A DNA stretch of 64,000 nt, taken from a virus. Of this stretch, positions 17,932 through 28,202 are shown one piece after another. Below the pieces are notes generated by a model, which saw nothing but the letters and a program-made list of their open reading frames with translations, had not been told where the DNA came from and made no database searches. The stretch covers positions 19,882 through 83,881 of IMG/VR virus record IMGVR_UViG_3300036892_000014; one strand, given 5' to 3'. The position numbers and the translations under genes were made by a program. The number at the start of each line of letters is the position of its first letter. Position 1 is the first letter of the stretch.

Positions 17932-18885
17932 ATGGCAATTATATCGGAAAATATTCAATCCTACATTCTTAAAGGTGACGGCGTAAGTACGGTAGGTACC
18001 ATCAATCTTGGATACGGTCCCCCGTTCGCCACCTTCGTGCAGGCGATTCAGCAGAACGGCAGTGTAGATGTTTCCTCTAACGTGTCGTCCATCGTTCTAA
18101 CTGGCAGCACCATAACTGTCAATTTCGTTGCAACATTTTCTTACACTGTTGTGATATTTATAAATACCGTACCTGAGACACTTGTTGTTTCTGGCAGCGT
18201 AGCCGCTACAGGGTCTTCGGGCGGGGTTATGGATACCGTTATAACACCTGCCACTGCTCCGACGAATGCTTTGGCGACTCTAGGGGTTTACTATTCTACC
18301 CCTCCCGTTCTAACTACGGGTCAATCTGTGGTGGATCAGACAGACACCACGGGCTCGCACTATGTGAACGTTGAAGGCAGAAAGGCTACGTATCGTGCGG
18401 CTACATTCAGTTACCAACCGACAGGCAGCGGAACCCAACCTATGTTATCGATTAGGGGTTCCGCGACAAAAACAATTCGTGTCACGCGACTTCAGTTTTC
18501 AATCGGATATACTACGGGACTTATCGGTGGAACGTTACTCATACTCCAGAGATTTAGTGTACTATCTGGCGGAACGCCTACCGCCCTTACCGCGGGTTCG
18601 AATGATATCAATAATCCTGCGGCTACTGCACTGGTGCAGACTTGGTCACCGCTGGCTACGACGGCCACGACGGTTGGCGGGCAACTTCAGATTCAGAAAT
18701 ATAACCTCGCTACCGAAGCCGTAGGCGCAGGCGACAACACGATGCCGCCGTATGAGTGGCAGTTCGGAGATCACTCTGCACAGAGCATTGTTCTGCGTGG
18801 CACGAGCGATTACTTCGGACTGATGATGCTCAGTGTTCCTACAGCGCCCCTAGTTAATTTTACGATTGAGTGGACAGAAGAATGA
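17932..18885 (+). CDS. Structural protein paralogous to the C-terminal domain of the preceding fibre
   Basis: Shares TAP.N.LA..VY...PVLTTGQS...Q.DTTG..YVN.EGRKAT, GSATK.IR.TR and EWTEE. The ATG at 17932 follows the upstream stop. Confidence 0.75.
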   Translation: MAIISENIQSYILKGDGVSTVGTINLGYGPPFATFVQAIQQNGSVDVSSNVSSIVLTGSTITVNFVATFSYTVVIFINTVPETLVVSGSVAATGSSGGVMDTVITPATAPTNALATLGVYYSTPPVLTTGQSVVDQTDTTGSHYVNVEGRKATYRAATFSYQPTGSGTQPMLSIRGSATKTIRVTRLQFSIGYTTGLIGGTLLILQRFSVLSGGTPTALTAGSNDINNPAATALVQTWSPLATTATTVGGQLQIQKYNLATEAVGAGDNTMPPYEWQFGDHSAQSIVLRGTSDYFGLMMLSVPTAPLVNFTIEWTEE

Positions 18886-19304
18886 TGAAACTAACTACAG
18901 TCAGCGAATCAGATCGGGAATTGATCCAGTCATTTATAGATGCAGACACTCTGTCGCGTCCGTCAACCCCCGACTTCTGGTTCACGAGGGACGACGCTCT
19001 TCTTTCTTTTGCAGTAGAGGACAACCTGGGCGTTGTTTTGTTTGCACGATTCGACCAACCCGTGGACGGCCAGGTTCGTTTCCACACCTTGTTTATGCCG
19101 GAAGACGGAACCAGTCGCAAGCGTGTTGCAATCGTTTTGATTAAGGGTTTTCAATCTGTTATCGATAAGATTAAAGAGTCATGCAGTAGCGTGATCTTTG
19201 AAAGTATTAGTGCCGACCTGACTCACTTCATGGTTGGGCACTTCAGTTTTGTCCCGGTAGACGGGACTAAGGATTACGTTTTGTACTTCGGAGCACAGCA
19301 ATGA
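18882..19304 (+). CDS. GNAT-like protein before the ejection proteins
   Basis: Size, alpha/beta pattern and position like acetyltransferase-fold internal virion genes of podoviruses. Confidence 0.4.
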   Translation: MMKLTTVSESDRELIQSFIDADTLSRPSTPDFWFTRDDALLSFAVEDNLGVVLFARFDQPVDGQVRFHTLFMPEDGTSRKRVAIVLIKGFQSVIDKIKESCSSVIFESISADLTHFMVGHFSFVPVDGTKDYVLYFGAQQ

Positions 19305-21421
19305 CGATTCAATTGACACCAGGCCAACAGGCTCTTGTCCCGGGATTTGGTACTCCCCCGGCAACGACAGGCGCTCCCGCCGAACAGACGGATGATAACA
19401 CGGCAGGAGCAGCGGCGCTCCAACCTGCGCCCGTGAATGGCGGCGCAACTATCGGACAGCGCATGGTCGCGAAGGGAAGTCCCAAATTGGACGCCTTCAC
19501 TGCTGGCTTAAATGCTATAGCTCAAACCAATCCGGCTCCAGCCGCCCCAGGCGCGTGGGCAAAGAATCTAGTCGCTGCTGTTCCACATTTGCTTGGTAAT
19601 GCAAGCTCGGCATTCGGTGATGCAGCCGCTGCGGGTGAGGGCCTTCGCCCTGGACAGGGCTGGCTGGCAGGAGCCGAGAAGACGGCGTCAGCGCACAGCG
19701 AACGTGTGGGTAAAGAGAAACAGCAACAGTTCGCGAACAGCCAAGAAGCCCAGAAGACTGCGGCACAGGTAGCATACAACCAAGCTGAGACGATGCAAAT
19801 TTCACGTAATATCCAGAGGCAAGATGCGGAGGCTCGCACGTCATCCGCTAACATAGGAAAGGCTGCCATTGATGCAGGAAGGGCGACTCACGATACAAAA
19901 GACAACATTCCAGATTCTGCGTTTCAGGACATGGTAAAGAAGAATCCAGATTACATGCAAACGCACTATGCGCAGATCACTGCGTACGAGCCCATGATCG
20001 GTCCAGATGGTAAGCAGATGATTGACCCGAAGACCAAACAACCAATCGAGAATCCTACTTGGTCAGTTCAGGAGCGTGCCCCGAAAGCGAATACGACGGC
20101 TCCAGTGACGATGACCAAGGCAGTTCACGATGACTGGGTAGCTGCTGGGATGAAAAACGTCCCCGACGTTGGCGTAGAGGTTCCGTACGACTCATTTCAT
20201 GATCTAGCTGGCACGGCGCATACTGTAGCAAATACGGTTCACCTAGCTAATCAAGACCGTAATGAGCAGCTAACGGATGAACAGATTCAGCAGAATCATG
20301 ACCTCTTTGCAAAGCCAGCCGTGGCAAACGCGATAGCTGCGGACCCGGCGCATGGTGCTATCGGCGGAATTCAGAAGTCATTGGACATTGCCAAACAGCA
20401 CGATCAGGCTTTGACTGCTCAGCTTGCGCTTGCACAAAAGAAGGGCGACACAGCAGCGGTCCAGAAGTTGCAAAGCACGCTTGCGGACGTGAAGCAACAA
20501 GAGGCCGATATAAACAAGGCTTATAGTACTTTTACGGCGAAAGACAAGCAAGACTATGCGAAAGACCTTGAGAAAGAGCGTGTAGACAACGCTGATATTC
20601 GTCAGAAGAATGCTGCGGCAGACAAAGACCAGGCGGATGCGCTAAAGACAAAGAATGATGCAGCGATGGAAGGCACGCTGAATCCCGCCGGGGCTAATGA
20701 CCTAACGGGTGAAACGTACTTGAATGCGCTGCCAGTTGGTCCGCGGAATGTGATAAAAGCAATCGCAGAGGGTCGTGAGACTCGCTCGTCTCGTCAGTTA
20801 CAAGACAAGAATGGCAACCCGTCGCCCCTAGCGATATCGTTACATCGTGCATATCCAGACCTCGACATTACAAATCTGACCGCCTATTCAAAACTTCGCG
20901 AGAAGTTTGAGACAGGTAAGGAATCAATTGCCCTGAACGGTGGTGGTACTGCATTGAAGCACTTGAGTGAACTACAGCAGTTAAACACGAATAAATCTCG
21001 TATCCCGGGCACTGATGATTACAACGCTTACAACAACAAACTAGACACACTTGCGGGTGAGTTGCTCACTTTCTACGGCACACCTCTAACCAATGAAAAC
21101 ATAGCGGGAATAAAGAAGACCCTCGGGGCCACTTTCAACAGGGACTCAGCTATCAAAACCCAGATAGGTTCTATGGGCGACAAACTTGTGAGCTATGAAC
21201 AGACTTGGAAGAATGGTCAACCCCGCCCTTCGTACACTCCACCGATGCCGAGCATTGACCCAGAAGCCAAGGCTGCGCTGATTCGTTTGGACCCACAGTT
21301 TGCGAAGGCGCATCCGTCTCTTTCAACCGTCAACATGAAGGCACCGGACGGCACAATCCAACCTGTTTCAGCCGATCAAGTCGATCACTTTAAGTCTCTA
21401 GGAGCCACGGTAGATAAGTAA
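19301..21421 (+). CDS. Putative DNA ejection / internal virion protein
   Basis: 706 aa, Ala/Gln/Lys-rich and helical, lies before the giant protein. Confidence 0.55.
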   Translation: MTIQLTPGQQALVPGFGTPPATTGAPAEQTDDNTAGAAALQPAPVNGGATIGQRMVAKGSPKLDAFTAGLNAIAQTNPAPAAPGAWAKNLVAAVPHLLGNASSAFGDAAAAGEGLRPGQGWLAGAEKTASAHSERVGKEKQQQFANSQEAQKTAAQVAYNQAETMQISRNIQRQDAEARTSSANIGKAAIDAGRATHDTKDNIPDSAFQDMVKKNPDYMQTHYAQITAYEPMIGPDGKQMIDPKTKQPIENPTWSVQERAPKANTTAPVTMTKAVHDDWVAAGMKNVPDVGVEVPYDSFHDLAGTAHTVANTVHLANQDRNEQLTDEQIQQNHDLFAKPAVANAIAADPAHGAIGGIQKSLDIAKQHDQALTAQLALAQKKGDTAAVQKLQSTLADVKQQEADINKAYSTFTAKDKQDYAKDLEKERVDNADIRQKNAAADKDQADALKTKNDAAMEGTLNPAGANDLTGETYLNALPVGPRNVIKAIAEGRETRSSRQLQDKNGNPSPLAISLHRAYPDLDITNLTAYSKLREKFETGKESIALNGGGTALKHLSELQQLNTNKSRIPGTDDYNAYNNKLDTLAGELLTFYGTPLTNENIAGIKKTLGATFNRDSAIKTQIGSMGDKLVSYEQTWKNGQPRPSYTPPMPSIDPEAKAALIRLDPQFAKAHPSLSTVNMKAPDGTIQPVSADQVDHFKSLGATVDK

Positions 21422-24400
21422 TGGCACAAGACTGGTTCGCACAGAACGCTCCGACCGCAACGGCAACCGCACCTGCGCCGCAGGCACAACCAGCGGCTCC
21501 AGCGCCTGCGCAAGCTGCGTCGGCACCAGCGGGCGGTGATTGGTTTACGAAGAATGCTCCGAAGCCGCAAGCAGCCCAGGCTAATGTAGAAGGTGCTCCG
21601 ACGCACATTCTTGAAGGCGGTGTCATTAAGCGTTTCGGGGAACGTCTCGGGCAGAGTCTCGGAATGCCGACGAACCAGGCAGAACTTCAGGCTGCGGCAC
21701 CGACAACGGGCGATTACGCTGAACTAGCAACAGGCACCAAGCCGCTGATTGACGCTGGCAAGATGCTGTACAATTATGGCAAGACGGCTCTTCAAGGCGC
21801 ACACGAGGCGGGTCAGGAAATCGGAGAAGCCGGAACGAACATCGCCGAAGGCGGCCCAGTCGGCGCAAACATCGGCAAGGCTGCGGGCGGCGTTCTACAT
21901 GGCGCATTGTCCGCTGTGCCATTCGTTGGCGCTCCGTTAGAGCAGGCCGGGGTAGACGTTCACGCCGGAAATTATGCCGGAACTATCGGCGGAATGCTTG
22001 GTGTGTTGGCACAGATCGAGGGACCGCATGCCGTTGACGAAGTTCTTCAATCACGAGCAGTGAAGTTGGCAGAGACAAATCACGCGTCTGCGGAAGCACA
22101 ACACAATATTCGTGTCAAGGAACTCGATACTCATCTAAACCAGGCGCAGGCGGCCTCCGCGGCAGCCGATCAAGCTGTGGCAGCCGAACAAGCCGGAACA
22201 GGAACCAGACAGCAAACCATTGACGCCAAGAATTACGCCAGCGAGGCGGCAGCCCAGGCTAAGAAGTCTCAGCAGGCCCTGGCCGAAGCTACCGTAGCAA
22301 AGAATACAGCGGCGTATGAGCGCGATAAGGTTGTGCGCAAAACAGTGGATGATGTGCAGAAGTCTAAGCCCGTCGTAGATCAGAAGCAGACGAAGGCACA
22401 AGCAGGGGCACTCGAAGACTCAATGAAGAGCGCACCTCCGGCAGCAAATGGTCCCGCTGCATATACAGTAGATGACGCTAAGATCGCCCGCGGTTACGAA
22501 GAACAAGAACACGCGAAGAAGCCAGTTACAACAATTCAGGGACGTGCCGAAGCACTTCAGAATATCTCGGACAGAATTGATGACCGAGTCGGTGAGTACG
22601 TTCAGGACTACGCGAACGAACCTATCTCCACAAATGTTAATATGGATGTACGCGGCGAACTCGCCAAGAGCCCGAAGGCAGACTTCGTTGAAAAGGGCAT
22701 GGCGGAATTGGAGAACTGGAATCTGACTGACCCGAGTATGGCAGAGGCTCAGAAGCTGGTTACGGATTTGAACGCGGAGAATCGTGCCACTCTTAAGAAG
22801 AACTTCTGGGATGTTGCGACTGCGCTCAAGGTCGATCCAGCCTTTGCAGCACGTCAGGCTGCACTGGATTCGCTGCGCAAGGGCATAGACGGAACGCTCG
22901 TGGATCACGGTGTCGATGGCGTGCGTCAACTTCGCAATGACCAAGCATCTATCATTCGCGTGAAGAGTGCCGTCGAGAAGCAAGCACTGAACGGCGATCA
23001 AGTTGTACGTGGTAGCGGCCAAGCTGGTAGATTGCGTAATTTCGCAGCTAGGAGCGCTGACAAGGTAGGGGCAGTCGGGGGCGGTATCAGTGGTGGAGTC
23101 GCTGGTGCTGCTTATGGCCCTGCTGCTAGCGTATATGGTATAATATCCGGCGCACGCATGGGCGAAGAACTTGGAAGGTGGGTCGGGAAGAAAATTCAGC
23201 CTGGTGATGTGACCAGAGATGCGCTCATAGAACGTAGTAACAAGACGACGGGCGCGGGCCGTGCGATTACAGATATCAAGGACAATAATGCAAGGCCGAG
23301 TAATCCCCCAGGCTTTCCAACGCCGCCTGCACCGACGGACGCATTATCGCAGCGCGACATACTTCAAATTCAACGTGAGCAGTCACCACTTCACGGCGAG
23401 CTAGCGACACACTTAAACAAGTCAGTTAACGATCCGAAGGCGTCATATGCTGCGTTAGAGAAGCAGTTCATGGACGATTATGAAGATAAGGTACGCAACG
23501 GTGTCAAGATTGAACCCGCCGACAAGCAACTATTCGGTAAGATAAACCAGCAAGACCTTTCCGACAATCAGGCTGTACAGAAGATGCAGCAAGAGCAAGC
23601 GGAGAAGGTAGCCGCCGGGCAGAAGCTTCTACCGACAGCAACCTTACCCGAGAATGCCGAGCCTGCGATGCAGATGCGCGGCAGAATGCAGAAGGGCATG
23701 AACACGCAGAACGCCCTCGTTCACGATATGGCGCACGCCGTGGTAGCTGATGAGATCATGGGCGACAAGCTTCCGAGCCTAGGTATTAACTCTCACCTAC
23801 ACCCAGAGAATGCAGGCACGAGCGCCGTCGCAACCGCGGCATTCGACTGGAGCAAGTTTGTAGACGAAGACGGCAATATGGACCCGAAGAAATTCGCACC
23901 AGCGATTGACGATCTTGCGACGGTCTTCGTATCGGGTGGCATTGCAAACGATTTGTTCCACGATATCCCGTTCACTGAGAACCATCACCTAGGAGCGGAC
24001 CTACATATTCTTCGCCGTTTGATGAATGCAATCGATATAGACAAGCCTACGCAGCAAGCTATTGTCACGCGTGCGGGCCAGAGAGCAGCAGAAATCCTAA
24101 GCCGTCCTGGTGTGGAAGACGTACTCCACGAACATGCGGCAGTCCGTGAGCCGGGGCTTGATTCACATATGCACGTTAGCCCAGAGAGAATGCAGCAAAT
24201 AATTCAAGACGTAAAGGGTGGAGACAATGAAGTCGGAAATGAGCCTGCAAGCGGCAATGGAAAGCCTAATCGGAACCCTGAACAAGGAGCCGAAGAACGA
24301 AGAGGAAAAGGAGCAGCAGAAGGCGCTAAAGCTGCAACTAAAGACGATGTGGGTAAAGTCGTCGGCAAAGAACGCGAAGGAAGCGCAGAAGGAACTGGAA

Positions 24401-27363
24401 AAGAAACAGGAAGCAAGCAAGCCGAAGGAATCAAGCCAGTCAACCCCTCGCTCGAAGAAAAGCCCGAGCTAACGCACCGCAAGACTCCGCAAGGTGGGGA
24501 AGTTAGCCTAGACAGCGAACAGAATGGGTTGATAAAGAACCGTGGCTGGTTGACGTATGCCAACGAGGGCGACACCGCGCACGTACGAGTATCCGACATG
24601 GACCAAGCGTTCCGTGGTCAGGGACACGGACAGAAGATGTATGAGCGTGCTGCGGACGAGGCTCGTGCAAATGGCTCGAAGGTTCTAGCCAGCGACGTGC
24701 CCGACCAGATGTCTACGGATGCTGTCCGCGTCTGGGACAAGCTATCTGAGAAGCACCCAGGCGAGATCGAGAAGACGCCGACGGGATACCGTTGGAACCT
24801 AGAAGCGAAGCCTGAGATCAAGCCAGAGAATCCTGCGCTAAGCGATTATCAAGTTCCAACTAGAAAACATTTAAGTACACCAGATGAGGCGTCGAACCCT
24901 GGTGCAACAGTAAAAACCATGCAGCACGAGTTGGGTCACTACATGGTCGGGCACAATGAGGGCTTAGAAGCGAAGGGGATATTGAGGCACACTCATCCAG
25001 ATGTGCCGAGCGGCACAAATGCGGCGGTATCGTGGGACACATCTATTCTCGACCAAAACACGGGTCGAGTTAAGCCGGAAAAGGTTCCAAGCGTGGTTCG
25101 AATGGCGATGGGCGGGATTGCTCAAGATGAAATCTTAGGCATTCCGAGAGCCGAGAATCGTAACTTCAATACCAAATTCTCAATTGGTGACGGGCGTCTT
25201 GCTAGGAAAATTCTCCACGACGCGGGCTACACACCCGAACAGATTGAACCGATGTTGCATCAGGCTATAGATGATGCAAAAGCGCACTTGACAAAGCCTG
25301 CGGTTTCTGATATTCTCAGGGAGAATGCAGGTACGAGAGAGAATGGTCTTTCGAACCAGTATCATTACAGCCCAGAACGCCTAAAGGCGATGGGAGACGA
25401 GGCAGCAAGGAGGATAGCAAATGAGCCTAACAACGGAGCAGCTATTACAGAAGGTGGCAGAGGACGTGCAGAAAATGTCGCCGGAAGAGAAGGCGAGGCT
25501 CAGGGAGCAGTTGGACAAGGAGTTCCTAAAGAAGGGATAAAGCCAGAGAATCCTGCGCTATCCAATGAAGATTTACAACGTGGCTTGAAAGAGACTACCA
25601 CAGGCAACCCCGACCACGATCAGATGATTCGAAACGCTGGCGGAATTCCTGCGGGCAACATGGGCGGCAAGCTGCCACTGTATCACGACCCGACATCTGG
25701 TTCAACGCTCGCCACAGAAGCGCACAACATGAGTGAGGCAGAGGTTCGCAGAAATTTACACGAATCTAGAGCAGCGTTTGCGCCGCAGAATGCCGTCGCA
25801 GAACAAGCGAAGTCTGGCGGCTTCAGTTTCAACCCGAAGGACGGTAGCGTCCCGAAGGACGGATACATGGTTGAGACCCATCTCGACCGCGGCAAGGACC
25901 TAGGTCACCCTCCGACAACGGACGACATCAAACAGTTTATCGCAGACAATAAGGACGTTCTGGACAAGAATCCGAACCTCCACGTCGGCGGTTGGGGTAA
26001 CACGCTAGGAATCTCAGAACGTATCGCTGACCAAGATGCTGCAATCAAGGCAGGCACAGACAGGAATCAGAAGGCTATCTTCGACGTGAAGAGCGGCAAG
26101 GACATCCAGACAGGCGGTACGGGCGCAGTGCCGATCAAACCCGCGAACCCAGCGCTTTCGAAGGCTCAGTACCCAGAAAATCCAGAGGGATTTGAGAATA
26201 TCCACCCCGACTTGTTGAAGAGCATGGAGCCGGACGAGAAGGAATTCGTAAAGGGTGACAAGCGTAAGCAGACTGCAATCGAAAAGTCTTACAATGACAT
26301 CAAGCCTACCATCGATGAAACCAAGGCAGCCATGCAAGCGGGTGGTGCTCTGGGCGGTTGGTGGCAGAGATTCATGGACACGTTCAAGGCACTCGGCGAG
26401 CCCACAGAGGCCGCGAAGATCGAGCAACTCGGCCCAGAGCATGCGGAGGCTTTGAAGGCTTGGCACTCAGCGGTATCGGGTAACAAATCAGTCTCGGACG
26501 CTAATAGAACTGCATGGGGCACCTACGCCGACTGGCTAGACCAGGGTCGCCCGAAGGATCGCGAATCAATTAACAAGATCGTTGCGGCGAATGGGAAGCC
26601 AAAAGGCAATGCTGCAATATCAGATACCATCAAGAACGGTAAGGTCATCAACAAGGGATTGGATACGACGAAGCTGCACAGCTTAATCAACTCTCCGCAG
26701 ATGCGCGACGTGAATCCTGAGCCGTTTCACGGCGGTATATTCAATCCGAACAACCCGAGTCCAATAGCGGGTGTGTCGAACGGTGCTAGGAAGATTCCGT
26801 CAATGGGCGCTACCGTAGCTGGCGAGGGAAACCTGAATCGCTTGGTGCTCGACGCTCACATGCTCGACTTTTACGGCGAGAACGGTTGGACGGATAATAA
26901 GTACATTGCGCATTCTATTCACCTTCGTCAGGCTGCCGAGGAACTAGGCTTGAAGGCTGGAGAAGGGCAAGAGCAGATATGGGGCACTGTTCTAGGTATT
27001 AAGAAGTTGTTACGTGAGGGTGTGCCTACTAGCGACATACCGCACGAGCTAACAAATGATGTTGTAAATTCTATCGGAAAGGACTATGCTGATATCATCA
27101 GGGAAGACCCAGAGCTGAATACGATATTTGAACAGCTCAAGAAGCATGGGATCGACCCGGGAGGCACACGTGCTCAATCAAGACTCGCAGAAATTACCAA
27201 CAAGCCAGCAGTTAAAGAAACGGGAGCTAATCAAGACCTTCTTACAAATGTTGCTGAAAGAATCAAAGGAAGGCTCAAGAACCTCCCAGAAGCCGACGAC
27301 TCCAGCTTCAACTTTGGAGCAAACGTAAAGTCGAAGGCAGGACTCGCTGCGCTCAGGCATTAA
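21421..27363 (+). CDS. Giant polyvalent internal virion protein (1980 aa): two M41/zincin-like modules, a GNAT domain and C-terminal domains
   Basis: VHDMAHAVV (~23719) and QHELGHYMV (~24922), each followed by GGIA...D...HxSPER; GNAT FRGQGHGQKMYE...SD..MS.DA..VW (~24600-24740); LDAHM...AAEELGL...QEQIW C-terminal domain. Confidence 0.75.
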   Translation: MAQDWFAQNAPTATATAPAPQAQPAAPAPAQAASAPAGGDWFTKNAPKPQAAQANVEGAPTHILEGGVIKRFGERLGQSLGMPTNQAELQAAAPTTGDYAELATGTKPLIDAGKMLYNYGKTALQGAHEAGQEIGEAGTNIAEGGPVGANIGKAAGGVLHGALSAVPFVGAPLEQAGVDVHAGNYAGTIGGMLGVLAQIEGPHAVDEVLQSRAVKLAETNHASAEAQHNIRVKELDTHLNQAQAASAAADQAVAAEQAGTGTRQQTIDAKNYASEAAAQAKKSQQALAEATVAKNTAAYERDKVVRKTVDDVQKSKPVVDQKQTKAQAGALEDSMKSAPPAANGPAAYTVDDAKIARGYEEQEHAKKPVTTIQGRAEALQNISDRIDDRVGEYVQDYANEPISTNVNMDVRGELAKSPKADFVEKGMAELENWNLTDPSMAEAQKLVTDLNAENRATLKKNFWDVATALKVDPAFAARQAALDSLRKGIDGTLVDHGVDGVRQLRNDQASIIRVKSAVEKQALNGDQVVRGSGQAGRLRNFAARSADKVGAVGGGISGGVAGAAYGPAASVYGIISGARMGEELGRWVGKKIQPGDVTRDALIERSNKTTGAGRAITDIKDNNARPSNPPGFPTPPAPTDALSQRDILQIQREQSPLHGELATHLNKSVNDPKASYAALEKQFMDDYEDKVRNGVKIEPADKQLFGKINQQDLSDNQAVQKMQQEQAEKVAAGQKLLPTATLPENAEPAMQMRGRMQKGMNTQNALVHDMAHAVVADEIMGDKLPSLGINSHLHPENAGTSAVATAAFDWSKFVDEDGNMDPKKFAPAIDDLATVFVSGGIANDLFHDIPFTENHHLGADLHILRRLMNAIDIDKPTQQAIVTRAGQRAAEILSRPGVEDVLHEHAAVREPGLDSHMHVSPERMQQIIQDVKGGDNEVGNEPASGNGKPNRNPEQGAEERRGKGAAEGAKAATKDDVGKVVGKEREGSAEGTGKETGSKQAEGIKPVNPSLEEKPELTHRKTPQGGEVSLDSEQNGLIKNRGWLTYANEGDTAHVRVSDMDQAFRGQGHGQKMYERAADEARANGSKVLASDVPDQMSTDAVRVWDKLSEKHPGEIEKTPTGYRWNLEAKPEIKPENPALSDYQVPTRKHLSTPDEASNPGATVKTMQHELGHYMVGHNEGLEAKGILRHTHPDVPSGTNAAVSWDTSILDQNTGRVKPEKVPSVVRMAMGGIAQDEILGIPRAENRNFNTKFSIGDGRLARKILHDAGYTPEQIEPMLHQAIDDAKAHLTKPAVSDILRENAGTRENGLSNQYHYSPERLKAMGDEAARRIANEPNNGAAITEGGRGRAENVAGREGEAQGAVGQGVPKEGIKPENPALSNEDLQRGLKETTTGNPDHDQMIRNAGGIPAGNMGGKLPLYHDPTSGSTLATEAHNMSEAEVRRNLHESRAAFAPQNAVAEQAKSGGFSFNPKDGSVPKDGYMVETHLDRGKDLGHPPTTDDIKQFIADNKDVLDKNPNLHVGGWGNTLGISERIADQDAAIKAGTDRNQKAIFDVKSGKDIQTGGTGAVPIKPANPALSKAQYPENPEGFENIHPDLLKSMEPDEKEFVKGDKRKQTAIEKSYNDIKPTIDETKAAMQAGGALGGWWQRFMDTFKALGEPTEAAKIEQLGPEHAEALKAWHSAVSGNKSVSDANRTAWGTYADWLDQGRPKDRESINKIVAANGKPKGNAAISDTIKNGKVINKGLDTTKLHSLINSPQMRDVNPEPFHGGIFNPNNPSPIAGVSNGARKIPSMGATVAGEGNLNRLVLDAHMLDFYGENGWTDNKYIAHSIHLRQAAEELGLKAGEGQEQIWGTVLGIKKLLREGVPTSDIPHELTNDVVNSIGKDYADIIREDPELNTIFEQLKKHGIDPGGTRAQSRLAEITNKPAVKETGANQDLLTNVAERIKGRLKNLPEADDSSFNFGANVKSKAGLAALRH
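24227..24472 (+). CDS. Nested +1-frame small helical ORF inside the giant protein (81 aa)
   Basis: GGTGGAG SD then ATG24227; MKSEMSLQAAMESLIGTLNKEPKNEEEKEQQKALKLQLKTMW...; host frame is low-complexity G/E/K/A here. Confidence 0.45.
   Translation: MKSEMSLQAAMESLIGTLNKEPKNEEEKEQQKALKLQLKTMWVKSSAKNAKEAQKELEKKQEASKPKESSQSTPRSKKSPS
25421..25540 (+). CDS. Nested +1-frame small helical ORF inside the giant protein (39 aa)
   Basis: AGGAGG (25408-13) 7 nt before ATG25421; MSLTTEQLLQKVAEDVQKMSPEEKARLREQLDKEFLKKG*; stop falls at the IKPENPALS linker. Confidence 0.55.
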   Translation: MSLTTEQLLQKVAEDVQKMSPEEKARLREQLDKEFLKKG

Positions 27364-27422
27364 AACTTAAATCTTCTTCAGGGCGTCCGTAGTTCGGGCG
27401 CTCGTTGTATTTTCGGAGCACT

Positions 27423-28202
27423 ATGTACAGCACAAAGATAATTCTGGAAATTCAGGACAAAATCGGAGAGTACGTCGTCATCGAGAAGGATTCTCATGAC
27501 TATGACGGTCCAGTCGATCTGTGCTGCGGACCATCTGGCTCGGAAGAAAACATAGCGAATCAGCAAGCAGGACTCGGCAGCGCCCTGACTGGTTATCTGA
27601 ATTCGAGCTTCGCCAACCAGCAAGATGTCTTGTCTAATTTGAATTCACAGCTTAACCCAATCCTGGCGCAGGGGCCATCACAGGCTGGATTCTCCCCGAC
27701 CGAAACTGCACAACTAAATACACAGAATATTAACTCTAATGCAGCGGCAGCATCTAATGCAGAACGCAGCGTTGATTCTAAGTTGGCAGGACAGGGCGGG
27801 GGGCAGAACGGAGTTTCTAGTGGCATCAAGAATCAGATCGACGCCAGTCTAGCGTCTACGGCTGCGGGCAATACGGCAGCAGGCCAGACACAGATCGGGC
27901 TCGCTAGTGAAGCGCAAGGGAACGCGAACTGGAAGACTGCGGCTGCGGGCTTGAACGCTCTTGGGCAGCAGTATGGAAGTTCGGCACAGACCTTCGGTGG
28001 ACAAGCTGATACAGCAGAAGCTAATGCATTCGGTTCAGCTAACCAGATTCAAACACAGAAGAATCAAGAGCAGGCGGACATTGCTGGCGCAGTTACAAGT
28101 TTGCCAGGTATGATTGCCCCAGGGGCGGGCATGCTGTCAGCAGGTATATCAGCGTTGAGCCCGAATGCCGATACCGGATTCTTAGACGCTATTGCCGGTT
28201 AG
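27423..28202 (+). CDS. Putative DNA pilot/ejection protein
   Basis: GGAG SD; YDGPVDLC leader, then Ala/Gly/Gln/Asn-rich helical body. Confidence 0.55.
   Translation: MYSTKIILEIQDKIGEYVVIEKDSHDYDGPVDLCCGPSGSEENIANQQAGLGSALTGYLNSSFANQQDVLSNLNSQLNPILAQGPSQAGFSPTETAQLNTQNINSNAAAASNAERSVDSKLAGQGGGQNGVSSGIKNQIDASLASTAAGNTAAGQTQIGLASEAQGNANWKTAAAGLNALGQQYGSSAQTFGGQADTAEANAFGSANQIQTQKNQEQADIAGAVTSLPGMIAPGAGMLSAGISALSPNADTGFLDAIAG

Noticed and set aside
27170-27328. Third nested +1 ORF (GGAGG..GTG) at the end of the giant protein
   Set aside because: The host frame looks like a normal helix here and there is no peptidase module or linker context; too weak to call.
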